From: a virus
Taxonomy: Duplodnaviria > Caudoviricetes
DNA length: 64,000 bases
Direction: 5' to 3' (one strand)
IMG/VR virus record: IMGVR_UViG_3300028591_000108
Coordinates: 64,001-128,000 of that record
Positions 23,375 through 36,109 of this stretch are shown one piece after another. How positions within the stretch are numbered: the stretch's first letter is position 1; every line of letters begins with the position of its first letter. The position numbers and the translations under genes were made by a program. The notes beneath the pieces were generated by a model, which was not told the origin of the DNA, searched no databases, and was given only the letters and a program-made list of their open reading frames with translations.

Positions 23375-25939
23375 ATGGCAAGTGGCTCACAATTGATGAC
23401 AACTTATTATGCCAAAAGAATTATGGGCGATAATGCGGCGAGTACTGCGGATCAAGCATTATTATAGACAGGTTATGGTATTACAACTGATACATGGATA
23501 TTAAATAGAACAAATAGACCTAATTATGGGATTTTATATCATTATGACAATAATGGCGCGGATAAAATTAAATTTATTGGCGGCCTTAATAATACTAATG
23601 ATATTGAGACTGCTTGGATTTAGTTAGACGCTGGAGATACCTATATTTTAGGAAGAGTAGGAATTGGCTAGGATCCAACAGTAAATAATAATCCATATAA
23701 ATTATATATAAATGGAACAACATATGCTAATGCTCCAGTATATATTAATAATTCAACAGCAGTTGCTATGGAAGACGATAATGGAGCCTTAGTAATAGGC
23801 GATAAAGCCGGATTAAATATCGGAATAGATAATTGCAAAGTTCATGCTAGAAATAATTCAGCTGCGGCTAATCTATTATTGAACTCTGAAGGCGGAAATA
23901 TTCTACTAGGCGTCGACGATGATGACTATTATGTCAATATTCGTTCTGAGCAAGATGCAAGTAGTACGAGTACAGGAGCTTTACGTGTTGGTGGCGGTGC
24001 AGGTATTACCAAAAAATTATATGTAGGTGATGATATACATAGTGATGGCCATCTATATTTTGCGGCAGCTAAAAATATTTATATGAACTATAATGGTATA
24101 GATTATCCTATATTAGAAAATAGCGATGATTCAAATATAATTTTAAATGCGGCAACTGGTATATTAGATATTGGGCATAAGAATACCATAGGCATTAATA
24201 TGTATTACTCTACAGATGATTCCACTCGCACATAGTTTTTTACTATTAATAGTAATGGAGCATATGCAAATACTCGATTTGGAGTTAATGGGCAAGATAC
24301 AAATTATACTTTATATGTAAATGGGACAAGTCTTTTTAATGGTGCGCTTGATTTAAAAAGCGACATTAATTTATATACTAGTAGCGCCGATAGTCCTGAT
24401 ATCGTGTGGTGGTATGCAGATAAAGAACAAGAATAGGCTAGAATATGGATGGGTAGTGGCGGTACTAGCATTTTCGCGCCGAACTATAGATGTTATAAGT
24501 CTGATGGAACATCATTATATTCAGGAAACTTGGTTATAGGCGATGGTACTGGCGTAACTAATGCTGCGAGTTTTAGAAGTAAACTTAGTACATGGGCATT
24601 AATATCTGATTCATATAATACTATTATGCCAGCCGATGGTACAACAAATGGATGGTATAAATTTGGCACTACTGATGGGTATGGCATTTTACCTGCGGTA
24701 TCTGGCGGCGCGGAAAATGGCCATTCATATATTGGTACTTCTAGTTGGTATTGGAAGTATTTATATGTAGATAGAGCATATACGGGGAAGATTACTATTC
24801 AATAGCCTGCAGCACATCGTGATAATGGTATTGTTGGTGAATATAATTATTAGAAAGCCGGGGCAATATGGTCTATGGGCGCTTCTTATTAGATAAAAGC
24901 AGACGGCTCAGGACTAGGTAGTTTATACGGTGCTGCATATGGATATGCAGGATAGGCTTATATAGGTAGCAATACATATGCAGGAGGCCATCAATTCCTT
25001 TGGTGTGAAAATGGTACAGTAAAAGTCGCTTTAGGATAGAATATTTGGACTGCTGGTAAAGTGACTGCGACTGGTGGATACGCAGATAGAACAAATGGGA
25101 CAGCAACTTATTTAAATTATGGTGCAGCTGGATTGGCAGCTTCAGCAATATCATGGCTTACATGTTGGAATGGGTATGAATTGCGAGCAATTAGTAAAGC
25201 AGAAACCATGGCCGCAGTGCGTGGTGCAGCTAGCGGGTCATGGGCAATATCAGTAACCGGAAGTAGTGCAAGTTGCACTGGTAATGCAAATACTGCAAAC
25301 TATCAAAATTGCGTAGCCGGCAATGAAATCCGCTATGCACGCAATGGCAATATGACATCTGCAAATGATTTATGGCAAGGCTGGGCTTTCGCAGAAGGTA
25401 AAGTCGCAGTTATAAATGGATGGCGCTTTGGTAATGGTAATGGTGGTTTGGCGCCAATTTATGGCTCCAAAGTTTACAATGCAGTCTGGAATGACTTCGC
25501 AGAATACCGTGTTTCTGATATAACCGAAGGCGGCCGAGTCCTTATATCAGATGGCAAAGGCCATCTAGTCCTTAGTACGGAGCGTTTATAGCCAAGTGCT
25601 CGTGTCATATCGGATACATTTGGTTGTAGTGTTGGTATGTCTGATAATGCGAAAACGCCTATCGGAGTTGCTGGCCGCGTACTTGTGTATCCATACTAGC
25701 CACGCGAAAACTATAAGGTTGGAGATGCACTATGCGCAGCGCCAGATGGTACTGCAGATATTATGACACGTGAGGAAATTATATAGTATCCGGATAGAAT
25801 TATTGGTATTGTAGATGAAGTTCCTGATTATGAAATTTGGGATTAGATACATACTAATAAAAAAGATGATGGAGAAGTTGGAGAATAGAATCATACAAAT
25901 ATTGAAGTCAACGGTCGTATCTGGATTTATGTTCGCTAA
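23375..25939 (+). CDS. Tail fibre/spike with C-terminal chaperone-like domain (~854 aa, TAG-recoded)
   Basis: ORFs 23768, 24449 and 25061 are in one frame. TGALRVGGGAGI fibre motif. C-terminal NAVWNDFAEY...SDTFG...PIGVAGRVLV...GRIWIYVR. Confidence 0.75.
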
Positions 25940-26035
25940 CACATGACTTTTTCTCAAATATTTAATATAATATATTTATAAAGAATTCAACATGTGACGA
26001 GATACATGAGTTTTGAATTCTTTTATGATAAAGGA

Positions 26036-26071
26036 TTGCCCTGAACTGAAAGTTCAGGGCAACTTTTTTTT
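26036..26071 (+). terminator. Rho-independent terminator
   Basis: TTGCCCTGAACT-GAA-AGTTCAGGGCAA + T-tract. Confidence 0.75.
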
Positions 26072-26198
26072 ATTCTCTGGTAATAATTACCAAAATTAAG
26101 TTGTTTTTTTACCACCTATCATATGATTGGAGTAATCCAATCTTTTCTCTCATTATCATCCATTTGATAAAATTTATGAGCTAAAAGGAGGAATTAAT

Positions 26199-26840
26199 AT
26201 GGGAGAAAACGGATTAAGTGCATCTGATGTTGCTCTAATGTCTCGCGACGGCGACGGTTTCGGCGGCAATGGATGGGGCGGAATGATTTGGCTTTTCGCT
26301 ATTCTAGCCATGATGGGTGGCGGCTTCAATTGGGGCGGCGGTGGCTATCGTCCACAGTATGCAACCCAAGACTTTGTACAGAACGGTTTTAACTTCAACG
26401 ACTTATAGGATTAGAATCGTGACATTATGCAGGCTATCAATTATGGTGCTTCTCAGTCCATAGCAACTACTAATCAGGTCTATCATGACCTAATGAATGG
26501 TCTATCTGATAAGTACAATGAGCTACAGCGCGATATCGCTGGCCTAGCTATTGGTCAGGCTAATCAGCTCGCTCGTTTCAACGAATGTTGTTGTGAAACA
26601 AAGCAAGCCATCGCTCAGGTCAATTATGATGCCGCAATGCGCGATGCTGCAACCAATGCCAACTTTACTGCTCAGATTCAGGGTCTAAAAGACATGATTA
26701 AGGATGACAAGATGGAAGCGATGCAGAATCGTATCAACCAACTAGAACTCCAGAATCAACTACAGGGCGTTGTAAGATATCCAAATGGTTGGACTTATAA
26801 TGCCGGAAATTCTCCATTCTGTGGAGGATGCAACATGTAA
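26199..26840 (+). CDS. Gly-rich membrane-anchored coiled-coil protein with CCCET motif (2 TAG)
   Basis: ORFs 26199 and 26427 are joined by L-Q-D-Q. TM segment WGGMIWLFAILAMMGG, ECCCETKQAI, C-terminal CGGC. Confidence 0.8.
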
Positions 26841-26928
26841 TTAAGAGTGTATTCAGTACACCATAATATGTAAACTAATGGGCGTACTTATGTACGCCCT
26901 TATTTTTTATTATACGGAGGTAATTGAA

Positions 26929-27342
26929 ATGTTACAAACCTATTCAAGCAACCTAGCAGTCGAAGCCAATGCCCCATTTGTATTCAACAATGTAGTTGTA
27001 GATAAGGGTTGCGGCGAAAGCCTGAGCGCTCCAAGCACTATCCAGCTAAATAAACGTGGCGTTTATTTAGTAGAAATGGATGGCTTTGCTACTCCAGATG
27101 CCGCGACAGAAGTTTCCGTTCAGCTCTACGTCAATAATGTAGCACAGCCACAAGCAATCTCTACTTTCGTTCCTGCCGCAGTAACCGATACTCGCACCTT
27201 CGGCTTCAAGACTTTTGTTCGTGTACTTGAAAACAACTGCAACTGCAATTGTCTCACAAGCCCAACCACTCTTCAGTTTATAAATGGTACGACAGCGCTA
27301 ACTGATGCGCATATTAATGTAGTAGTAACACAGATTCGTTAA
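26929..27342 (+). CDS. BclA C-terminal-like beta-sandwich protein
   Basis: RBS GGAGG before ATG 26929. IQLNKRGVYLV...VQLYVN...NCNCNC...NVVVTQI. Confidence 0.6.
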   Translation: MLQTYSSNLAVEANAPFVFNNVVVDKGCGESLSAPSTIQLNKRGVYLVEMDGFATPDAATEVSVQLYVNNVAQPQAISTFVPAAVTDTRTFGFKTFVRVLENNCNCNCLTSPTTLQFINGTTALTDAHINVVVTQIR

Positions 27343-27390
27343 TATATAGGGCGGGTAATACCGCCCTTTTCTTTTTAAGGAGGATATATC

Positions 27391-27927
27391 ATGACAGTAG
27401 AAGAGATTTTTAATAAACTAGCTTCTCACATGGTAGAAGGAATAATGTATCATGATGATATGGCGAAGGCATATGATTTCTTAGCCCTCAGCGGCTTTGC
27501 GCGTTGTCATGATTATCATCATATTTGTGAGACAAAATCTTATCGTAAACTCTCCCATTACTATGCAACCCATTTTCATAAACTTCTTAAACTTGAACCA
27601 CTCAAGCAGCCGCAAATTGTCCCAGAAAGTTGGTATAAATACAAAACAACCGATGTTGATATTGCGACCAAGCGTAGTGCGGTTAAAGAGCTAATGGAGA
27701 AATGGGTAGCTTGGGAAACCGAAACAAAAGTACTTTATCAAGCTATGCGCCAAGAACTTTGCGCAATTGGTGAAGTTGCGGCGGCCCTATACCTTGAATG
27801 CTTCATCTGTGATGTAGATGAAGAACTGGCTTGGGCGCAGAAGAAGCAAATTAAATTTGAAACATTAGGCTATGACATTGGCGCTATAATACAATGTTCA
27901 GACGCTTTACATAAGAAATATAAATAA
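27391..27927 (+). CDS. Ferritin-like four-helix protein
   Basis: EGIMYH, H.YH..CE, WETET..LY and DVDEEL metal-ligand pattern. Confidence 0.6.
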   Translation: MTVEEIFNKLASHMVEGIMYHDDMAKAYDFLALSGFARCHDYHHICETKSYRKLSHYYATHFHKLLKLEPLKQPQIVPESWYKYKTTDVDIATKRSAVKELMEKWVAWETETKVLYQAMRQELCAIGEVAAALYLECFICDVDEELAWAQKKQIKFETLGYDIGAIIQCSDALHKKYK

Positions 27928-27939
27928 GGTGGTGGTAAT

Positions 27940-28317
27940 ATGATTAGAGTAATATAGCGACGCTTAATTATTCCTCGCGGCGATACGGGGACTTTTACTC
28001 TACCTTTACTTCCTGGGACAGAGCAAGGAGACATAGCGGTCTTCTCTATCTATGATCCGCTAAAGAAGGAAGTAATTTATCAAAGACAATATCCAATCAC
28101 AGAGGAAGAACTTAATATTCCTTTTGAGCATGAGGACACACTAGAAATAGAGCCAAGTAATAGGTATGAATGGGATGTTAAGATTTATAAAACACCCGTA
28201 TACGCAGATGGTGCCGATACATCCGATCCTAAAACAATTCCAACTACTGGCGCATCTATTGATTCCTATTATTCTGCCTTTAGTCTTCCTATCTGTGAAA
28301 TTAGGGAGTTTGCATGA
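27940..28317 (+). CDS. Baseplate/BppU-like structural protein (one TAG)
   Basis: MIRVI-Q-RRLIIPRGDTGTF...EDT......YEWDVKI. Stop overlaps the next start. Confidence 0.6.
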
Positions 28318-28784
28318 GATATATAGATACAAGACATCGAACCCGGGATTTATTGTTGGAATACGAGCCAACAATAATGCCATTGCATCCTCGCGCCGGA
28401 GGTTTAGCAGTATTATATCCTTGGGGCAATAATAACGATAGCGGCAGTGTAATGCCGCCATTCCCAAATCCTTCCGCAATTAGCTCTATCTATCCTTGGG
28501 AGATGCAAAATCTTGCCATCATGGGCGATTGGCTATTCAATTTTGCAGCGAATAGCGGCTACAAAGGCACGCGCGAAGAATTTTACAAGTATTTTGGTAC
28601 ATACCTTGAAACCAACAGACAAGAAATTCTATTTGAAACTTTCGATAATTTTCCTTCTGTTGGAACGGAAGATATGTTATATTTTGACCTTAATGATAAA
28701 ATCTTATATTATTGGGATAATGAATATATTCCAGTTAATGCAATGCTTATTGCAAATACAATTCTACATGGAGGTGACGCTTAA
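28314..28784 (+). CDS. Structural hypothetical protein
   Basis: GYKGTREEF and FPSVG....LY.D......YYWD motifs seen in tail proteins. Confidence 0.65.
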   Translation: MRYIDTRHRTRDLLLEYEPTIMPLHPRAGGLAVLYPWGNNNDSGSVMPPFPNPSAISSIYPWEMQNLAIMGDWLFNFAANSGYKGTREEFYKYFGTYLETNRQEILFETFDNFPSVGTEDMLYFDLNDKILYYWDNEYIPVNAMLIANTILHGGDA

Positions 28785-29497
28785 TGGCAGCGCATAATTT
28801 GCAAGTTACATTTCAAATTAGGCAGAGTATCGCGGAAAATTGGACCACTAGGAATCCAATTCTTTTCGAGGGTGAATTTGGACTAGAAACCGATACCTTT
28901 TTAATTAAAGTAGGCGATGGCATACGCGATTGGGCGCATCTACCATACTTAAATAAATTAAATACTACATACTTTAAGCATATGCAAGATGGCTCTTTAA
29001 CTTTTAGTGACACCTTTGCAGAGCAAATTAATAATCTAATTGCTCAAGCGGGCGGCGATGCGCATCTTGTTATTAATGATGATCCTACTGAAGATACCGA
29101 TCCTGTTAATTATAGCTTCCTACAGCGCTTTATTGCAGATGCAATCGCGCACGCAGGGCATTTAAAGCGCCAAGTTGTAGAAGAACTACCTCAACTTGAA
29201 GATGCTGATGAAAATACTATTTATCTAATGCCATCTGAAAGCGGCATTGGCTATGATGAGTATATGATCATCAACGGTATTTGGGATTTAGTAGGCGTAA
29301 CAAATGATGGCGGCGGTAGTGGTAGCTATGAATTACCAGTTGCTACCGAGGCGCGCCTTGGCGGCGTCAGAGCTTCAAGCGCAGATGACCGCATTAATGT
29401 AACACAAGAAGGCTTTATGACACTTAATCGTGTTTCCACTAGTAAATTATATGTGCCGACAGGAGATACTCTTATCTTATATGGCGGCACGGCTTAA
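28784..29497 (+). CDS. Tail fibre protein with Mtd-N/hyaluronidase-N-like domain
   Basis: WTTRNPILFEGEFGLETDT..IKVGDG..W..LPY and LPVATEARLGGV. Confidence 0.75.
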   Translation: MAAHNLQVTFQIRQSIAENWTTRNPILFEGEFGLETDTFLIKVGDGIRDWAHLPYLNKLNTTYFKHMQDGSLTFSDTFAEQINNLIAQAGGDAHLVINDDPTEDTDPVNYSFLQRFIADAIAHAGHLKRQVVEELPQLEDADENTIYLMPSESGIGYDEYMIINGIWDLVGVTNDGGGSGSYELPVATEARLGGVRASSADDRINVTQEGFMTLNRVSTSKLYVPTGDTLILYGGTA

Positions 29498-29510
29498 CGG
29501 GGTGAGCTAA

Positions 29511-31286
29511 ATGGCGGAAAATGTTCTTGAAACACGAATATAGTTACGCTATGGTACTTATTCCCAGTGGATGAATAGTGAAATTATTTTGCTACCGGGG
29601 GAAGCCGCAGTATGTATTTTCCCTCGTAGTAAAGTAATAGATAATGTTACAGATGATGAGCCGGACAATACGCCTCCTGCCTTTGGCATTAAGATAGGAG
29701 ATGGCACACGCTATTTCTACGAGTTACCCTGGGTATAGGCCATTGCCGCGGATGTATATTCATGGGCCAAAAGTTCAACTAAGCCGACATATACAGCAAC
29801 TGAAATCACAGGACTTGCGGAGTTTATAAATTAGTAGTCCGGTGGTGGTGGAAGTGGTGGCAGTGCAAGCAGCGGCTATCGTATTGTATATGATAGCGCA
29901 ACTTCTAAATATATTTTACAAATGTATGATGCTGATACAGATAGTTGGGTAAATACTACCAGTGAAATTGACTTATCTGCTATACTAAACCGCATCAATA
30001 CAATTGAACGATGGGCCAATGGTGCATAGTATAATCTTGGTAATATTGAAACGCCAATTTCTGCTTATATTTATGAAGAAGTTATTGCTTATATGAATTA
30101 GCTTGATTATAATGATCAAGCTGAACAGCATTAGTTTGTTACTTCTGTTAAATAGGTTGATGGTAAAATTTAGGTTGATCGTTCTGCTATCTCTGCCGCA
30201 GATATTACAAGTGGTGTTTTTAAAACAGAACAAGGTGGAACTGGTTTAACTAGTGTACGAGATGATGAAGTACTTATAGGTAGTGAAGAAGGCGATATTA
30301 CTACTAAGCGATTTGTAACCACATTAGAATCATCAGATCGCAATACTTTCGCCACTTCTGGCGCGATTATTGATTATATTAATAATGCTACTGCAGGTTT
30401 AACTGGCGCGATGCATTTTGTGGGTGAGGCACAAGTTACCATCAATAATGGATCTGCCGTCAATCCACAAATAAATGGGTATATTTTTGCCAATGCATAG
30501 CCAGGTGATGTTATCTTAGCTAATAATTCACAAGAATATGTATGGACTGGAGATTCTTGGCGTTTACTTGGCGATGAAGGTAGCTATGCTATTAAAGGCA
30601 GTATAACTAATGTTGATATTGCAGAAAATGCAGCAATTGCTCAATCAAAAATTGATGGATTAGATGTGACTTTAGATACAAAAGTCACAAAAGTAGAAGG
30701 TAAGGATTTATCTACTAATGATTTTACCGACGATGCTAAGCAAAAACTCGAAGATATTGAAAATGGCGCGTAGGTAAATGTCATTGAGCATGTATTTTTA
30801 AATGATTCTGAAATAACACCCGCTAAAATACAAGGGCTTGACAAATCAGTAGATCTTCAAATTGTCGGTATTACGCCTGAACAGAGTGAAAAACTAGCCG
30901 GCATTGAGGCAGAAGCACAAGTTAATGTTATTGAGCATATTGTAGTTGATGGTGTGGAATAGCCGCTTGATAATGCTAAAACTGTAAATATCACAACCAA
31001 TCCACATACTGAGCATGAAAATGTAATTGAATCTATTGCTATAAATGGAATAGTCTAGACTCCAGAAAATAAGTAGGTTAATATTATATTAGACCAAGTT
31101 GCATTAGATTTAGACGTTCTCGCGGGCGCACAGATTCCTAATGGTAATACGCTTTAGGAGGTTGAATAGATTAATAAAAAACTATAGCTTGCTCGCATTT
31201 CTGTAACTGGTAATGTTCATGATTTATTACAGACAGATAATACATATATAACAATAAATTGCGGCAGTAGTACTGACGTAGTATAA
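29511..31286 (+). CDS. Tail fibre protein (TAG-recoded, ~591 aa)
   Basis: MAENVLETRI-Q-LRYGT...IKIGDG...LPW, KVEGKDLSTNDFT and GA-Q-VNVIE repeats, C-terminal INCGSSTDVV. Absent from the track. Confidence 0.75.
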
Positions 31287-31297
31287 GGAGGGATAAG

Positions 31298-31813
31298 ATG
31301 ACAAATAATGGTACATTGCGTATGCGTATTTAGCTAAAAGCCGATACAGAAGCCAATTGGATAGCTCATCCTATCGTTCCTTTAGCTAATGAACTTATTA
31401 TATATGCGGCAGATAATGAACATAATTATGCTCGTTTAAAGGTAGGAGATGGTTCAACCAATGTGAATTCTCTGCCTTTTGTAGATGCCGGAACATTAAA
31501 CGGACATGAAACGGAAATAGTAAAATTAGCTAATGCAGAATTATTTCCCACGGTGGGCTCATCTGATAAATTATATGTTGACTTATCTACAAATAGCATT
31601 TATCATTATACTAATAGTATAGGATATTCATAGTTATCTAATTTTACTTATACAACTGATACAACAACAGTTCATAGTGTCTTACAATGGATGCCAGGAG
31701 TTATAACTAGCTTATAGGTTGATAATAATATATTAAAAATTAAAACAGGAGAACTTCCTTCTTTATTAACTCAAGATAAAGAAGTAGTAACAAATATCAT
31801 TAAGGAGGTTTGA
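31298..31813 (+). CDS. Tail fibre-associated protein (TAG-recoded)
   Basis: RI-Q-LKADTEANW...ELIIY...RLKVGDG...LPF. Confidence 0.7.
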
Positions 31814-31815
31814 GC

Positions 31816-32691
31816 ATGGCAACATATATAGGTTCACTTCAAATTGATTCAGATGCACCAGTTCTGCTTGGCTCTACTCTTTATGGTATTTGTAATAGCC
31901 CAGCAAACTTGGTTAATAAAACAGTAATTTTCAATAATTTTGATAATATGGTAGATGGAATTACAATTCATGTTAGATTTTCATATGGTAATAATATTTT
32001 AAATGGTGTTAATTTAGAAGTTGGTAACACGGCTTCAATACCAGTTAGTGGTAATTGTGTATGCGCGCCAAACGAAGTTATAGCTTTTACTTTAGACCGT
32101 ACTGGTAGCACAGCTGTATGGCGCTCACATCATAGCGTAAAAATTGAAACAGATAACGATATTGTAACTAAAATTGCAGGACAAAGTGTTAATTTGGTTA
32201 CTAGACGATATGTAGATGATATTGTTCAAGGCGGAGATTCTAGCGGTACGGTACATTATAGAGGTATTTCTGCATATGCACTTACAAACGGAGGTACAGA
32301 AACGGCTATTATAAATGAAAGTTTATTAGAGCCGGAAGTAGGAGATTTAGTAGTTTATGGCGCTAAAGAATTTATATGGACTGGACAAGCTTGGCATGAA
32401 ATTGGGGATGAAAGTTCTTATGCATTAAAATCTCACACAACCGATATCTAGTCTGCTATTACTTGGAATGCAGGTACAGTACCATCATTAGGCACGGACA
32501 TAGATGCAGATGATATTACAAATTGGCAGGCGGGTAGCGCTTCAGAAGCTACTGTGCGGAATGGCATATTAAAAATAAAAAACAGTACTACTCCTTCATT
32601 ATCATATGAATCACGCAAAATTCCTAATATAACTAATGTAGGCACAACTCCTTCTTTAAATGTCACGTCTACAGTAGTAGTTGTACCTTAA
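31816..32691 (+). CDS. Tail fibre-like protein (one TAG)
   Basis: Track ORF 31810 extended past TAG 32449 to TAA 32689. STLYGIC and GDLVVYGAKEFIWTG..W.EIGDE motifs. Confidence 0.7.
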
Positions 32692-32705
32692 GGTGGTGAG
32701 AGTAA

Positions 32706-35699
32706 ATGGCACATATTCATGCAATAGAAATCGAAAATGACGCTACTTATTTACTTGAACCGATATTACATATTTTGCCAACTATTGATGGTAATAAATA
32801 TACTGCTAATATACCTAATTTTGAACTAGTTGAAGGCGTCAAAATCTCAATGGAAATGCCTTCTACTAATGCTGCAAATCCGACACTTAATATTAACAAT
32901 AGCGGAGATAAAGTTATATCATATGAAGGAACGGTTTTAGACGAAGGGATGCTCTAGAGTGGCAGAACTTATCATTTAATATATCTAAGTTAGCAATGGC
33001 AAATTGTAGGTGATTTATTACAAATTCCTCTTGCAGCTAATGGAGTTCGTGGCGGCGCTCAACTAGGATATGTATCAGATAATGCTAGTCGCAAATATGC
33101 AGTTGAGCTTGATAATGAGCAAATGTATGTTCATGTCCCATGGGAAGGATCTAGTGTAAGTGATTGGAATGCTATTCAAAATTTACCCCATACCTTAGAA
33201 GGTTATGGTATTACGGATGCTTATATTAGAGATAATGTAATTACTTTAGGTAATACTAGCATTACACCTATTATAACAGTAAATGATAAAAGTGGTTCAG
33301 AAATTCGACTTACAGCTGAAGACATTGGATTAAAAAATCCATTATAGCTTATTGGAAAAGTTACTCAACAATCTCCATATTAGCCTAGTGATGGGACATA
33401 GGGAAATCCCCTTATTAATGGAATAAATTCCTATGTTCCACAAGTTGGTGATGTTATTCTTGATTATACAGGAGAATATGAGTATGTACTAACTGCAAGT
33501 GGACTATGGGAACGTATAGGCGGAGACGGAGCCTATAAAATTATTCAAACCGCCGTTGCCGCGCCATCAATTATTGAGACAAATAAATGGGTATCTTCTA
33601 TTAGTTAGAATGAAAATGGTGAAATCACGGTTCACTATAGTGGATTAGAGACTGATGGTCTTTGGAGCGGCAATGCAGCGACTGCAACTCAATTTGCTAC
33701 AGGGCAAAAGATATATGTAGATTTAACTACTAGATTTCATGAGCCAACCGCGGCTAATCCTCAAGATCAAATTACGACAATTCAAGGTGGTAAAGATATT
33801 GCCGAAATAATTGGTATAGATGGCATATTAGAAGTACGATCTGGCGGCACAGGAACAGATTTTTTTGCGCCAAATTAGGTTATTTTAAGCACAAATCCTT
33901 CAGAAGGATAGGCAGTAACTTTTACTTCACGCCCGTATTCAAATAGTATAAGTGCAGAAGCATTAAGTATTAGTACAAATTTTGTAACAGAATAGGATGT
34001 TTATTATGGATTACCTAAAATAAATAATCTTCATAATTATACATCAGATAATGATATATTCGCGCCAATTACAGGAGGATTACAATATTAGATATTAGTA
34101 TCCTCTAGTAGTACTACGGCGCCTCTTTGGGCTACTCATGCTTTTATCAGTAGCGCAGAAAGCGCAGTTAGTGATTAGTAGGCATTTACTACTCTTACAT
34201 TAGGTAATAATATTGATGTTTCAAATGAAATAGCTCATTCCGAAGGTCAGATTGAATTATACTCCGCCGCGACCAGTTCTCATATTTTAAAAGGAGATAG
34301 TACTACTACCCAGTATATACATATTTTACCTAATAGTGATGGCCATATAGCTCAAGTTTCATCCGCAGCAGCCGTAGGATCTCCTACATAGCCAGTATTT
34401 GTCGCCGCTAATGGCGTTATTACCCCTCTTACTTATGTTCCTAATCGTTTATATTATAGCATTGCTGCGGCAACCCCTGCAACAGAATCATCAGATTCTT
34501 TTACGGCTACTATTCATTATGCCGATGACAGCCATATTGGCTTGGGGGCTAGTAATTGGCCAGAAAATTGTACAGATACATTATATGTAACGGGCACAAC
34601 GAGTTTTAACGGTAATGTTTATCATAAAAGTAATGTCTATTTTGGAAATGCCACCGATTATTATATTGACGCAACTGCAACTGGATATTTACCAGATTTA
34701 CGAGTGGATAAAATTTAGTTAGACGAAGACTATATTAATTTTTATTCACATGTAAATGCAAATAATATATCTTCATCTGAACAAGAAAATACTAATTAGT
34801 CGCGTTTATTATTAGGATACATATAGGGCACGAATACCGGTATGCTCTTCCATCGGTGTACTCTAGAGGATAACGGTGCATCTGCTACCGATCCACAAAA
34901 TCTATTAACCTAGGATCCAATATTTAAATTTAATGGACACTTGCTTCCGGAAGAAACCAATACAAATGATTTAGGCGCCGATTTATTTAGATGGAAAGAT
35001 GCATATTTTTAGGGTAATATATATATGTAGAATGTCAGTACGCCTAATCTTGGCGCAACTAACACTGCAAATAAAATTATCTGGAAAAGCGCATACCATG
35101 ATGCAGAGATTTATTTTTCTGCAAGTTAGAGTGATGAAGCGGGTAAATTAGTATTACATTCTAAATCGCAAATCTCTAATACAAATGGTCGACTACATTC
35201 TACTATTGCAATTGCATTTGATGATAATGATACAGCATATATTAATTATAGCGATCCAAGCTTTTATCCTGCTGTAAATAATAGCGGCTATTTAGGCTTG
35301 TCAACAAATCGTTGGAGTAAAGTGTATATTGGTGATAATGATATTTATGGAGATGACTATACTCCAATTTATTGGAATGATGGAGCTCCTAAGGTAGTCG
35401 CGCCAGTATAGCAATATGCCTTTACTATTAATGCTAATACAAATGGAGTAACTCTTACTCATGAAGCATTAACAGCCGATACTTATGTTCTTCAAATTGT
35501 AATTACTTATGGAATAGAGAATTTAAATGCTCCTCTCACATGGAGTAGTTATGATCCACAAGGAAATAGATTAGGCAAAATACAATTACAATGTAGCACT
35601 TTGACTTCTGGTCAAGTAGAAGGATATGTTATTACCAGTCGTGGTAAGACATACACACCAGATGATATGGCAAATTATTTTACACCAATTAATCCATAA
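32706..35699 (+). CDS. Long tail fibre protein (~997 aa, TAG-recoded)
   Basis: ORFs 32706 and 33123 share a frame. LPHTLEGYGITDA, GNAATAT, VGSPT-Q-PVFV and LG....RW fibre motifs. Confidence 0.7.
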
Positions 35700-35887
35700 T
35701 TTTTGATATAAATAATCGCTGCTTTGCGCCGATTTTTTATAAAACTAATAAGGGCTCAGCCGTGCTGGCCCTTATTATTATTATTTTTAAACAGTATACT
35801 TAAAATAAGTTGCTTATTTATTACATATATTGTGACAATTAAAAAAACATCATTCGGGTCAAATGATGTTAATGGAGGCGAATAAAA

Positions 35888-36109
35888 ATGGCGGCAATAA
35901 TGAGTAAAAGAGGTAATTCTGATAATATAATTACTTATGAACATTTCTGCGACACTGCCGCGGATTTAGCAACTATTGATCCAAAGTATATTACGTTGGG
36001 ATCTATTGCAATAGTAGTAGATACTATGGAAGTATTTATTGCTAACAGCCAAAAACAATGGAAAAGTATGACTCCTGTTACAGAGGAAGAAAATGGGGGT
36101 GAGGGTTAA
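35888..36109 (+). CDS. Small protein homologous to the N-terminal domain of adhesin 3952..6726
   Basis: SKRGNSDNIITYEHFCDT..D...I...YITLGS vs SKIGNRDNVVTYEHICDT..D...I...YITLGS. Confidence 0.75.
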   Translation: MAAIMSKRGNSDNIITYEHFCDTAADLATIDPKYITLGSIAIVVDTMEVFIANSQKQWKSMTPVTEEENGGEG

